Source: the human T2T-CHM13v2.0 reference genome, Homo sapiens
DNA: 64,000 bases
NCBI RefSeq assembly: GCF_009914755.1
Contig: NC_060938.1
Direction: 5' to 3' (one strand)
Below, piece after piece: positions 1 to 11,470 of the stretch. Under the pieces are notes generated by a model that saw nothing but the letters and a program-made list of their open reading frames with translations, did no database searches and was not told where the DNA came from. How positions within the stretch are numbered: the first letter of the stretch is position 1; each line of letters opens with the position of its first letter. The translations under genes were made by a program, and so were the position numbers.

Positions 1-270
1 TTTTTCCAGTTTAGACTCCAGAGATGAAGACTGTGTCTTGTCCAGTTCATCTGTTCTTGTTAGGCCACAATATATGTCTCTGTTCAGCCTCTGGATTGGA
101 TTTCCTTGGGTCAAAGTGGCCACTTGGCTTCAGTTGATTGACATCTTTGGTATGGTCTTACTACCAAGACCTTTGTGATTGGAATTAATTATCTTTCTCA
201 ATCTTTTCATGATTCTATCCTGTACCATGGCTTTATCTCAATTAACCAACACTGCCCAGATTTCTAAGTA

Positions 271-708
271 CAGTTGACCCTTGAACAACATGAGTTTGAA
301 CTTTGAGGGTTCACTTATATATGGGCTTTCTTCTACCTCTGCCAGCCCTGAGAGAGCAAGACCAGCCCCTTCTTTTCTTCCACCTCCTCATCTACTCAAC
401 ATGTATCTTCATTCTCAAGACGATGAGGATGAAGACCTTTATGATGCTCCACTCCCAGTTAATAAATAGTAAGCATATTTTCTCTTTCTTCTGATTTTCT
501 TTTCTCTAGTTTATTTTATTGTAAGAATGCAGTATATAATATATGTAACATACAAAATATGTGTTAATCAATTATTTATGCTATCAGTAAGGCTTCTGGT
601 CAATAGGGGGTTTTTAGTAAAGTTTTTGAGCAGTCATAATTACACATGGATTTTCAGCTATAGAGAGGGTCAGTACCCCTAATCCCCACGTTGTTCAAGA
701 GTTAACTG
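271..708 (+). mobile_element. Tigger2a (MER28) non-autonomous Tc1/mariner-pogo DNA transposon, complete
   Basis: Terminal inverted repeats CAGTTGACCCTTGAACAAC at 271 and GTTGTTCAAGAGTTAACTG ending at 708, both flanked by TA (269-270, 709-710). The 438-bp length fits Tigger2a. Confidence 0.9.
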
Positions 709-724
709 TACATAGTTTTACTCC

Positions 725-960
725 TGTTAGGAATAATGCTCAAAATCCTAAGGAAGTTAAACACTCGAACAAAGGATTCTTAGCAAAGCAATTTTACTTC
801 TGCACAGAAGGGTGCCCCCTTGGCCAGTCACCATGAGAGCACACCTGAACAAAGGGGCACGAGTGCTTTTATTCTTGACACCAGTCCTGCCCCTGTATCC
901 TTTTCCCATTGGCTTGGGTCATGTTGTACAATCTAAACTAATCCTGGTTGGCTAAACATT

Positions 961-994
<34 letters not shown>

Positions 995-1252
995 TAAGAT
1001 GGGCAAGTAAAAGAAAGTGGAGAGGAAAGGGGAAGCCGTGTGTGTAATGAGCTAGAAAGTTAGTCCTCTTTCCAGATAAGGAAAGGAATGTGAGCTGGTA
1101 CTGATAACGCCTGGTTCTGTGGCATGCCTGGGCAGCTAACAAAGGCAAAAAAGAACAAAAGGAGAAAAAAGGGAAAAAAGGAGGGGGTACTATGAATTAA
1201 AGAATGAAAGATTGATCGGGTTATTTGAAGAGAAACCTCATCATATCCCACA
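725..1252 (-). mobile_element. Solo ERV1 LTR, LTR10 (HERV-I)-like
   Basis: TG...CA ends with a perfect 4-bp TSD CTCC (721-724, 1253-1256). The minus strand begins TGTGGGATATGATGAGGTTTCTCTTCAAATAA, as I recall for LTR10. Internal T28 run at 964-991. Subfamily uncertain. Confidence 0.75.
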
Positions 1253-1531
1253 CTCCTATCTCTAAGTAGCATCACTCTTATTTTGTAGGTGATGAAATTG
1301 AGACCTCGCAGTTAAATGTTTAAGTCAGGATGAACTACTTTTCCAGGGATGGTGAAGCCGGAGCTCTGGATGGCACTCCTGGATCTCCTAAATCTTGATT
1401 CCGTGCTCTTTTCTCCCCACTTGGCTCCACTGTTTTGGCAGAGTCCCTTAAGATGGACCTGATTGGATGATGTGGAACTAGCCATGCAGAAAGAACAGAG
1501 GGTGGGAAAACAAATGAGGTCAGAGAGTCCT

Positions 1532-1914
1532 CATATTAGTCGGTTCTTGCACTGCTATAAAGAACTATCTGAGGCTGGATAATTTATGAAGAAAAGAGGT
1601 TTACTTGACTCACGGTTCCACAGGCTGTACAGGAGGCATAGCTGGGGAGTCCTCAGGAAACTTAACAATCATAGCAGAAGACAAAAAAGAAGTAAGCATG
1701 TCTTCACATAGCCAGCAAGAGAGAGAGACAGAGACCAAAGCAGGAGGTGCTATACACTTTAAAACAACCAGATCTCATGAGAACTCTTTCAGGAGAACAG
1801 CAAGGGGAAAGTTTGCCTCCATGATTCAATCACCTCCCACCAGGCCTTTCCTCTAATACTGGGAATTACAATTGAACATGAGATTTGAGTGAGGACAAAG
1901 AGCCAACCATATCA
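1532..1914 (-). mobile_element. THE1D (ERVL-MaLR) solo LTR
   Basis: Typical THE1/MST sequence (TATTAGTC...AAGAAAAGAGGTTTA...CTCAGGAAACTTA...AACCATATCA), 383 bp, with a perfect 5-bp TSD GTCCT (1527-1531, 1915-1919). Confidence 0.85.
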
Positions 1915-3370
1915 GTCCTCTTCAGTTGTTGGTACCTATGTGGGGAGAAGGAGCTGTGTAGAGTGGGTGTGACTAAGTCGGTCAGAACTGGGAAGCATGG
2001 CAGACTAGGCTGTCCTGCAACCGGAGGGTGGTTTCAGAATCCAGAGCCTGGGATAGCATTCCCTGGACCCTCAGTCCATACCTGCTATCTACAGGCAGCT
2101 AGAGAAAACGTAAGAATCAGCATCGGTCACAGGTGACATTGGGGCAGGGCACTGAGCTCCCTGCTCTCCACTGCGGCTGCAGTCTTTAAACTCCTTATTC
2201 TATCCAGCACAGACAGTTTGCAGACGAAGGTTTCTGCACCGGCATCTCTGCTCAGAAGAGATTTGCTGATGTAACAATTATTTGCACTATTTATATTCAA
2301 ATGTTCTTTTAAAAAAATGCAGCCTCTAAATTTACGGATAGTAACTGTGTGCAAATCAGGAAACTTATCTCCTTTTTATAGTCTAAAATCAAATTACACT
2401 TTACATTTTTCTCACTTGCAGAATATTAGATTGTGATGCCTAAATGACTTGTGTTTATGAAAAAGGTGAATTTTAAGAACAAATTTTAAAACTGCATAAG
2501 CAGTTTAATGGGTGTTTTTAGAAAGTGAGAATGATCAGCTGGTAAGCATTTATTATATATTAAACTGGAAGTTATATCGTCGCATCCGTTAGCACTGAAT
2601 TCTGAAAATCATCATGGCCCAGGTTTGTGTTTATGAAATGATGGACCACAGGACTGTTAAATAAAGTTGTAAAAAAAAAGTTGGTCGATGTCCCTGTTTT
2701 TTCACTAGTTTTCTGACCTGTAATCTGAGATCTGATTGAGTTCTCAATATCCTGCAAGTCACAGATTCTATCCCCATTTATGCACACGATTGTAGTTGTC
2801 TCATGGTTTTCAGTGTTCTTAATGAGCTGTTAACAAGCTGTCAATTACCTATGCAAATTAGGGAGGCCAACATTGAGGGGTGGCTGTATCTGCAGTTAAA
2901 GAGTGCTACCTTGGAATGTTATGAAATCAATCATTCTTGCTTTAATAGCTATCTTTACTCATGTGTCTCTTGTCATGTCTGGGTCTTTTTTCATTATAAT
3001 ACCTACCGCATAAGAAAAGCCCTCTGGGAATTTTGAAGGTGCTTAGAAAGGAGCTTACCCAAATCTTTCATAACTTTTAACTTGGCTTAAAGATTGCCTA
3101 AAATGCAGGCTTACTTTTTCACCTGTCTTTCCAGGCACACTAAGACATTCTGTGGAGGAAGGAAAGCCATTGCTATTCTTGTGCTGATGAAAAGTGGCTT
3201 CTACTCACCTTTTAGCCCCAGATCTGGAGGACTATTTGGGATCTTTTGCCCATGTCTCCTCTGCAAGATAAATAGGTCTTTATTCCCTCCACCACTTGGT
3301 GAGCTCCTAGGTGCAGGTACGTTGATGATTAATAAGTCAAGTTAAGTGCTAGGGTTGACACAGGCAAGCT

Positions 3371-3890
3371 TATTCACTCAACAGTGGGCTGAGCCCCATG
3401 TTCTAGGCACCGCAGCTGCAAGAGTGAACCACGGCAAGATCACGTTCATAGAGCTGAAGACGTATAATAAACAAAAGCCATAATAAATGGGGAACAGAAT
3501 CAGGGGTATTAGAAGGGGATGCGTGGTATGAAAAACAGAGAAAGAGGAGCGTAAGGAGGGTCAGGAGTGGTTGCGGAGAGGGCAGTTGTAATCTAAATGG
3601 AATGATCAGGTGAGGCTTCATTGAGGTGGGTACATTTCAGCAAAGACTTGAAAAAAGTGAGGTTGTTGGCCACAGAGATTCCAGAGGGAGAGCATCCGAG
3701 GCAGAACAAAATGCGAGTGCAAGAGAAGGTTTCGGAACAGTGAAGTGGTCAGTGGGAGGAAAGTTGAGGCAGCTATGGAAGGCAGGGTGCGCTGAGGCCA
3801 GGGCTGGAGCAGGAAGGGCAGGTCGCATGGACCCCCTGAGGATAAGCTCCTTGACTTTTCCTCTGAATAAAATGGGAAGCCATTACTCTC
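3371..3890 (-). mobile_element. L2 LINE 3' region, first part (interrupted by L1MC)
   Basis: Starts with the L2 tail ATTCACTCAACA, followed by L2-like GAGGCAGAACAAAATGCGAGTGCAA. Resumes at about 4745. Confidence 0.65.
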
Positions 3891-3917
3891 TGTGTGTGTG
3901 TGTGTGTGTGTGTGTGT
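3891..3917 (+). repeat. (TG)n microsatellite
   Basis: About 13 perfect TG units at the L1MC tail. Confidence 0.95.
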
Positions 3918-4730
3918 TTCTTTTAAACCTGCTACCTGAAATAATGTTTAGGTTTAAAGAAGAGTTGCAAAGAGCATACAGGTGTTCCCTGTACTCTTCA
4001 CTCAGCTTTCTCTGCTGTTCACGTTTCTCATAGCCATGCTCCATTGATCAAAACTAAGAAATCAACTTGTGTACGATACTACTCACTAAACTGCGTGCTT
4101 TATTTGGATTTTCCCAGTTTTCCATTAATGATCTTTTTTTTTTTTCCTGTTTCAGGATCCAGATTTGCTGTTCAGTGTCTCCTCAGTGTCCTCTAATCTG
4201 TGATTCTTTCTTGGACTTTTCTTGACCTTGAAACTTTTGAAAAGCACCCAAGTATTGTGTAGAATGTGCCCCAGTTTGAGTTTGGCTGATGTTTTCTCAT
4301 GGATACTCTGAGGGTATGGATTTTGAGGAAGAATCCCACAGAGGTGATGTGATCTTGTCTTCCACTATGTCAGGGGGTACCTGGGAGCCACATGACTCCT
4401 CACTGGTGATGTAATCTTGGTTACTTGGTTAAGGTGGTGTTGGCCAAGTTTCTCCACTGTAAAGTTACTATTTTTAGTTTTCCATACTCTATCCATTGGC
4501 ATTAAGTTGCTAAATCCAGCCCACATTCAAGAAAGGAAGCGTTTCAAGAAATCTGTAGTCATATGTTAAAACCACCATACTAATTAGAAAATTTGGGAGG
4601 AGAAACTTTGACATGATGAAAATATCCTATTTCTCATTAAAGCTTTGCTCATTAACTTTAGCATTCATCCACGGACCTGGCCCGCAGCATTTATTAATGT
4701 GATGTTCCAATGGTGCTTTTCTAGTTCCTT
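3918..4730 (-). mobile_element. L1MC-class LINE-1 3' end inserted in L2
   Basis: GAAATAATGTTTAGGTTTAAAGAAGAGTTGCAAAGAG...TTTCTCCACTGTAAAGTTACTATTTT resembles the L1MC4/L1MC5 3' UTR. A related copy lies at 43870-44410. Confidence 0.7.
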
Positions 4731-4744
4731 CAGAACTTCATTGC

Positions 4745-5065
4745 CAGGTTCACAGCAGGAGTGGCACACTTGATTTCTCTTTGAAAAGTGATTCCAGGGT
4801 TCATGGACTGAAATAGGAAGCCAGTGTGGAGGTCATTGTGATGACTCAGGTAAGGGATGGTGGCATCTTGGGCCAGGTGGAGGCAGTGCTCTTAGATTAT
4901 CTGTGGAACTGCTAAAAGCATGGAGATGCCATCATTAAGGAGGGGGAAGGCTGAGCTGGGCCATTTGGTATGGAGTAAGCCAGGTGCTCAGTTGCATTAG
5001 GCATCCCAGTGGAGATATTGAATAAGCAGCCTCATAACTGAGTAAGAAGTCAGGAGTGAGGTCCC
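4745..5065 (-). mobile_element. L2 LINE, second part
   Basis: GATGGTGGCATCTTGGGCCAGGTGG...CATCCCAGTGGAGATATTGAATAAGCAG continues the L2 that precedes the L1MC. Confidence 0.6.
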
Positions 5066-5254
5066 TTTCACCTTGGAATTTCTTCTTCAAGCTGAATTTG
5101 AGCTTTCTCCATAGCGCATCCTCATTAAATATTCTCATTTTAAAGGCTAAAAGGTAAGCCTCACTGTGTTGTTCTAAGAATTACATAAATTAATATATGC
5201 CAAGCTCTGAAACTCAATAAAAGATGTTACTTGTGTTAGCAGAATTAAAAGATC

Positions 5255-5545
5255 TCTTCCTCCCATAAATCAGCAATTCTACTTCTAGGAATAAAACCAA
5301 GGAAAAAGTGTACCTAATAAGACAGATAAAAAGAATGTTCACAGCAGCATTGTTCATTACAGTAAACAAAAAAATTGGAAACAACCTAAATGTTCATTCT
5401 CAGGATGGAAAAATACACGCTGATATGGCAGTTACAATAGAATATTATAGCACAGTGAAAAACGTATAAACTAGAGCCACATGTTCTGCAGTGAATAGAT
5501 CAAACAATATTGAGCAAACAAGTAAATTGCAGAATTGGTACATTC
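5255..5545 (+). mobile_element. L1ME-class LINE-1 3' fragment
   Basis: CAGCAATTCTACTTCTAGGAATA...AAGAATGTTCACAGCAGCATTGTTCA...TGGAAACAACCTAAATGTTCA motifs of old L1 ORF2/3' ends. Confidence 0.75.
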
Positions 5546-6197
5546 TTCAATCTATTGCAATGTTATTTTGGTTGAAAGGTATAAAGAAGACCTGGCCTCT
5601 CACATATGTATAGTTGGAAAAGTCAAAAGTCACTTAATAGTCTTTTCAGATAATTTTGGATAATTTTCTTTGACAGTACACCAATATTTGGCAAATAGTA
5701 GTTTCTTAAGGGTTAGTTGTAATGTAAAATCTGTAATAATGCCAGTGAGTTTTTCATACTTTTGTATTAAAATCTATTATCTATATTGAGCTTCAATGAA
5801 ATTGATGGCAGACTCGTGCGATTCTGTAACGTCATACATTGGTCTTTTGGAAAATATTGGTTCACTGAGTTGTGCAAATCTTCCAAATGTTGATACATGC
5901 AACTATAAAACATTTTAAAATCCACATTAGTGATTACCAGCAATCTCAGCAGAAAATGTTTCTAAGTATTGGGTCTCCGTCAGCTCACGGTGGTAGACAG
6001 ACATTTTCGCAAATTCAAATGTTTTAATTTGAATTCTGATATTGTCAGTTGCTTCCTTTGAAATGACAGGCTCATTTTACTCATTTTTGAGAAAATGTCT
6101 GCTAAACACTCTAGTTCAAATAGCCATTATTTTTCTGTCTGTTGTTCATTTATGTAAAAATGTTGTGTGAAAACTGTGGCTAGTTCAGCTTGCAACT

Positions 6198-6243
<46 letters not shown>
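6198..6243 (+). repeat. (GCAA)10+ tetranucleotide microsatellite inside Charlie1a
   Basis: Ten perfect GCAA units at 6201-6240. Confidence 0.95.
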
Positions 6244-6245
<2 letters not shown>

Positions 6246-6498
6246 CACGTGTTTTCCTCACAACTCCATCATACTTTGGGGTGCAAGAGAAGTGTGCTAT
6301 GTGTACTTCCCATTTTGTAACACAGAATACCAAAAAGAAGTACCCATAAGGGTCTAGATATCATAAAATTAATTTTTACTGCTTCATCAAGAGCATTGTT
6401 AAGTGAAACTGGCCTTGGTTTTTTAAATTTAGGTGTGTGGCAGTTAGTAATGCAGGGATTACTAGAAGAGTCTGTGCCACGGCCTTGGTTCCTGCTAA

Positions 6499-7138
6499 AA
6501 AGATGGCATTGGGAGAAATTTTAGAGAGCTTTCAAACTCTTTTTATTCTCATGTTCCATATGGTCTAATTTTAGCACAAATAATATGCCTTCACACTAGA
6601 TTGTAAAAGGCGTGTGATTGTAGAGATTTTATTTTGTGATGTATTGTCTTCTGCAGTATCAAAGGGAAAGAGGTATTAACGTGCATCCCTCTATCTTGTT
6701 TTTTTTTTGAGACAGAGTCTTGCGCTGTCGCCCAGGCTAGAGTGCAGTGGCACGATCTTGGCTTACTGCAGCCTCTGCCTCCCAGGTTCAAGTTATTCTC
6801 CTGCCTCAGCCTCCTGAGTAGTTGGGACTACAGGTGTGTGCCACCATGCCTGGCTAATTTTTTGCATTTTTAGTAGAGACAGGGTTTCACCATGTTGGCC
6901 AGGATGGTCTTGATCTCCTGACCTCATGATCTGTCTGCCTCGGGCTCCCAAAGTGCAGAGGTTACAGGTGTGAGCCACTACATCCGGCCCCCCATGTTGT
7001 TTTTAAAGCCAGGGTAATTGTACGATTTTGTTACCAGCAGTGCTAACCTGAATGTGACCTGGTTACCTTGGAAATGCAGGAACTTATATGAGTGTAGTAT
7101 AAAATAAAATGTGGACTGATTCCCAGCCTAAAAAATAA
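6499..7138 (+). pseudogene. Probable 5'-truncated processed retrocopy of an mRNA 3' UTR (parent unidentified), carrying an Alu
   Basis: Non-Charlie sequence interrupting Charlie1a. AATAAA at 7103-7108, then 21 nt, then an A-rich tail at 7130-7138. Degenerate TSD AAAAAGATGG / AATAAGCGGG. Confidence 0.5.
6699..6989 (-). mobile_element. Alu (AluSc-like)
   Basis: Full dimeric Alu with GGCCAGGATGGTCTTGATCTCCTGACCTCATGATC diagnostics. Degenerate TSD CTCTATCTTGTTTT / CCCCATGTTGTTTT. Confidence 0.95.
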
Positions 7139-7729
7139 GCGGGTTTGTCAGTTTACCTTTTGCACCATGGACACTAATGCCAATTGAATGAAAAGAGGCA
7201 AGCAATGTCTCACTACTTCTATGAGAATAGTTTTGATCTTGTAGACACCCTGGCAGTATCTTTGTCATAGATCACTCCTGTAAACTGCCCCTTTAACTCA
7301 AGTCTAGACATTTTGGTTGGTTGGTTGATTGGTTGACCTATTGTGCTCCTGTGCCCTTCTCAGGGCATTGCTCCACTTGTTGTTTCCTCATGTGTAGGGA
7401 GCAAGCCACACAATTTTTCTCCTTTCCCCCCATCCTGGCCACAGCTTAAGAAAGTGGTGAGAACTTGACTAGAAAGTACCTAATGCATCGGCAAGGTGGT
7501 GGCCCATCAGACTCTCTTTTTGGAGAGTTTGAATAAGTCACAGAGTTGTACCTAGTCAGGCATTAGAGGCAATAAAAGTGGGGACCATATGGAATGGAAG
7601 CCATTTTTGTCAACCTAAATGTTGACAAGGATGCAAAGGAAGCCGGTACATTTCTGCAGGTAGAAGTTGGAAAATGAAGCAGTGTGGGGAAGAGTCAGGA
7701 GGAGGGTCTGTGAAGTGTCATTGGGAAAA

Positions 7730-7831
7730 GACAGAGATAGGGACAGAGATAGAGATGAGAGAAACACACGGAAAGACAGAGTGAGAGAGAGACAGAGAGA
7801 GAGACAGAGAGAGAGACAGAGAGAGAGAGAA
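7730..7831 (+). repeat. (GA)n/(GACA)n compound microsatellite
   Basis: Visible directly in the sequence. Confidence 0.85.
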
Positions 7832-8660
7832 ACTGACTTCCAATAAAGCCCCTTATGTTAATTTGATTACTTTTCCTCACAACATAGAACATGACAAAGG
7901 CTCCAGGGGAAATTCAAAGTGGAGAGAAGGAATTAAAAACTTGAAGTCTTTAATTATGAGAATGCACCAGGACTCTTAAAAACCTCTATTAGAAATTCAC
8001 TTGAAATGAACATTTCAGGACTTTTAGATGACACAGTAAGTATAGTTCTATTTTTTTTCATTCATCTCCAGAGGATATTTTATGTTAAAAAATAGGTTTT
8101 GATAATCAGAACCAGAACTTAAGTTCCTGACCTTGGGCCACCAGTAACCCTGATTGCTCTGAAATGTGCAAGAGCTCTGGAGACCAGGATTGGACATTCT
8201 GTTCAGCATAAGCCCTCTTTAGATCTCTCTCTGAAACAACCCTCACCAGATTGCCTGTTAATCGCCCCCGTTGCATCTCCGTGGTCAGAATGCCATTTCT
8301 GGCTTTATTTTCTGTTTTCTATTTGTACATAAGATAATCTTTTTTTTTTATTTCCATCTGCAAACTCTGGGGGGTAAATTTTGAGCATGATGCGCGGAGG
8401 TTTAGCCATGGGACTCTCATTACCGTTAATGGGAATGACAGCACTCAGTTTCAGAGCCTGAGAACATTTACCCCTTGGATGATGGTGTTTTGTGGTTGGA
8501 TTTTTAATTGTATTTACAAATAAAGCTGACATACAAACAGCGGCGGCTCCCAGGAAGACAACATTGTAGAAAACGAGTGGGGAGTTGGGACTGTCCTTGG
8601 ATACCCAGCCTCACACAATTCAGAGTTAGAGAAGGGTGGTGTGGATCTCTGCACCTCATA

Positions 8661-9440
8661 TTATTATTATTATTGTGGTAAAATACACATAACATAAAAT
8701 TCACCATTTTGAAGTGTACACTTTAGTGGCATTAAGTACATTGCAATTGTGCCACCATCACCACCATCCATCTCTGGAACTTTTTCATCATTCCAAACAG
8801 AACTTTATACCCATCCATTAAACACTCAGTTCCCATCCTGCCTCTCCCCAGCTCATGAAAACCACCATTCTGCTTTCTGTTTCTAAGAGTTTGACTCCCC
8901 ATAGGCCTCAGGTAAGTGGGATTATACAGTATTTGCCCTTTTGTGACTGGCTTATTTCACTTAGCATAATGTCCTCAACACTCATCCGTGTTGTAGCATG
9001 TGCCAGAATTTCGTCTTTATTCAAGGCTGAGCAATATTTTGTTGTGTATTGATCTACCACACTTTTAATCCATTCCTTTAATGAGAGACTCTTAGTTTGC
9101 TTCCACCTTTTGTCTGTTGTGAATAATTCTGCTATGAACATGGGTGTGCAGATACCTGTTTGAGTTCCTGCTTTCAATTTTTTTGGGTGATATACCCAGA
9201 AGTGGAATTGCTGGATCATATGGTAATTCTATGTTTAATTTTTTGAGGGACTACCATATTGCACAGATTTTACGTTTTCACCAGCAATGCAAGAGAGTTC
9301 CAATTTCTCCACATTCTTGCCAACACTTGGTCATTTCCTGTTTTTTTTTTCTTTTGTTATTCGTGTGTGCCCGTGTGAGTGTGTGTGTGTGTCTGTGTAT
9401 GTGTGTTTTTAAGTAATAGCCATTCTAATGGGTGTGGAGG
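8661..9440 (-). mobile_element. L1MB-class (L1MB3-like) LINE-1 3' end, 5'-truncated
   Basis: TTGTGGTAAAATACACATAACATAAAATTCACCATTTT...TGACTGGCTTATTTCACTTAGCATAATG...AGAAGTGGAATTGCTGGATCATATGGTAA. The ORF 8908-9219 is an ORF2 C-terminal remnant. Degenerate TSD TCTCTGCACCTCATA / TTTCTGCATCTTGATA. Confidence 0.9.
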
Positions 9441-11169
9441 TTTTCTGCATCTTGATAAACACCATACGGATTATATATTCATTCATTTTTTTCTTTCCTA
9501 ACCCCACTTTCCTCAAACTTAAAAACTCAGAAAATGCTCCTTGAACCGAAGAATTGATTAGGTCTCCCCACTTGAAGTACCCAAAACGCTCTCTGCATGT
9601 TACCATTGCTACGTGTGTCACATCATTTCTAATTTGTGGATTTGTGGTTTATATGTTTGTTATCCTCACTATCCTTTGTGTAGCTGTTAAAAGCAGTATC
9701 TATCCGACATGGGATCTGGCACCTAGTAGGTACTCAATACATATTTATTAAATGAATGTATTTAAACCAATTCTGTTCTGTGTGACAAATGAGTCTTTAA
9801 ATATGAAGAACAGAGAGGCTTATTACCAGGAAGACTATATCAAAATTCAGATCGTGCAGTAACAAAATAACACGACTGTAAACACAGAGATGGGAAAAAG
9901 TAAATTGACTAAATTATTAGTGTCATTTTGATTTCAGAAAGTGCTGCTTCTTTACACATAAGCAGTTACAAATGCAGCCTATAAAAGTTAATATTCATAA
10001 CATGATTATCTTTCAATGAAAGTATTAGGGAAACACAAAATAATAATAATGGTAATGTACAGGGGGCGGGCTTCCGTGGTAACCCCGACACATCAATTTC
10101 GACATTTAAGCAAGGAGCTGCGGCACTTTAAGACAGGAGGCTCCGACGCCCAGTTTCAGAGTGACCCTCAATAAGTACATGAGAGATCATGATTACTTGG
10201 CATTTCTTGATTACTGATTATTCAGAAGGCACTTTGGAAATTGCAGATAGCTTGCTTGCCCAGGGGAATTACAATCCAAGTATGATCAACAAGGCAGAAG
10301 CTGTGCAAGGAAGGTTAGACTAAAAATACTGAAAGGATCCTGGTTTTAAAGCTACTCTTTTCTGCATTTTTCTTCTTTCCTTCTTCTTTCTGCTTTTTAG
10401 TTTATGCTCTGGTTATTTGCACATTTTAAAGGAAGGTATAGACAAGTTCGTTCATGTAGGGGGTGGAGAAGGGGACTTATATATTGGGCTAAGGGAATTG
10501 TATGAGATGAAAATAGGAGAGTTAAAGAAAGGTAAAATTTAAGGAATTTAGCACTGGAAAAAGATGTTAGACATCACTCATTCCCTTCATTTCGCAGATG
10601 AAATGAGTAAGGATTTAAAAGAGAAGGGGTCTTGGCAGGGCCGAGGATCACACCAATTGGCAGCAGCAGAAATGGGTGTATGGCCATCTTCTGCTGGTTC
10701 CTGGATCCAGGTTGGAAGATGATCTCAGGTATAAAACTCAGAGATATGTACTCAGGAAAGAGCAACAATCAGACAAATGAATTACAGCAGATAAAGAGGC
10801 TCAAAGTGGTTGGACTTCCACGAACTCAGTCCTTTTGAGATGGGCCACGTGGAAACTCCAAATAGAGTTCTTGCCTCATTAGGTATGAGAGGACGATGCA
10901 AGAGGTCCATAGTACTTTTGGGGGCCACAAAAATATTTCTTAATTTCTTTGATAGTCAAAAGAAAAATATAAATATAATAGTAACAAATGTATTTATCAA
11001 GGAAGGACAAAGGCAAAAATGTCTCAGCTCCCTGAAAGTCATGAAGCAGCCCTGCCTCCAAAGTACATGATCAGAGCTCAAATTTCTCATTGATCATCAC
11101 CTTCTCAGTTTGGGGAGAAAATTCATGTGAGCAAGTTGGGCTCAAGATCTGAGATTAGAAGAATGACAA

Positions 11170-11470
11170 TATTTCTATATTATTTAGGGCTTTCAGTAGC
11201 GACCAGCAGAAATTCAGTTTAAATTGGCCTAAGCAAAAGTGAGCAGTGACTCTCAAAACGTAAAAGTGCAAGGTTCTCTGATTTTGGGTACAGTGGGAAC
11301 CAGGTGTTGAAGCGATAACATTCAGAATGTGTCTCCCCTCACTTCCAGGTGCTACTTTTCTCAGCACTGGTGGTGTTCTCTGACAGACTTGGATTGAAGA
11401 GGTGTTAACCAGCAGCTCAGAGCTTATATCCTGCTAGGTTCGATTTCACAGGGGTTCCAGCACATGCCCC
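11170..11470 (-). mobile_element. Ancient ERVL/MaLR LTR fragment (MLT1J/K/L or LTR33-like)
   Basis: CAGAAATTCAGTTTAAATTGGCCTAAGCAAAAG resembles the terminal motif of these LTRs. Highly diverged. Confidence 0.4.

Larger units (their letters stand above)
5552..7255 (-). mobile_element. Charlie1a hAT DNA transposon (5552-6498 and about 7137-7255), split by a non-Charlie insert
   Basis: Colinear with the recalled Charlie1a consensus. The minus-strand peptide LLELQAELATVF resembles the Charlie/ZBED hAT transposase motif LFELRAELAAFF. The match stops at CCTGCTAA (6498) and resumes near CAGTTTACCTTTTGCACC...GAGAATAGTTTTGATCTTGTAGAC. Confidence 0.85.

Noticed and set aside
281-469. Acidic small ORF (QDDEDEDLYD)
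   Set aside because: It lies inside Tigger2a and starts at TTG. It is a feature of the element, not evidence of a gene.
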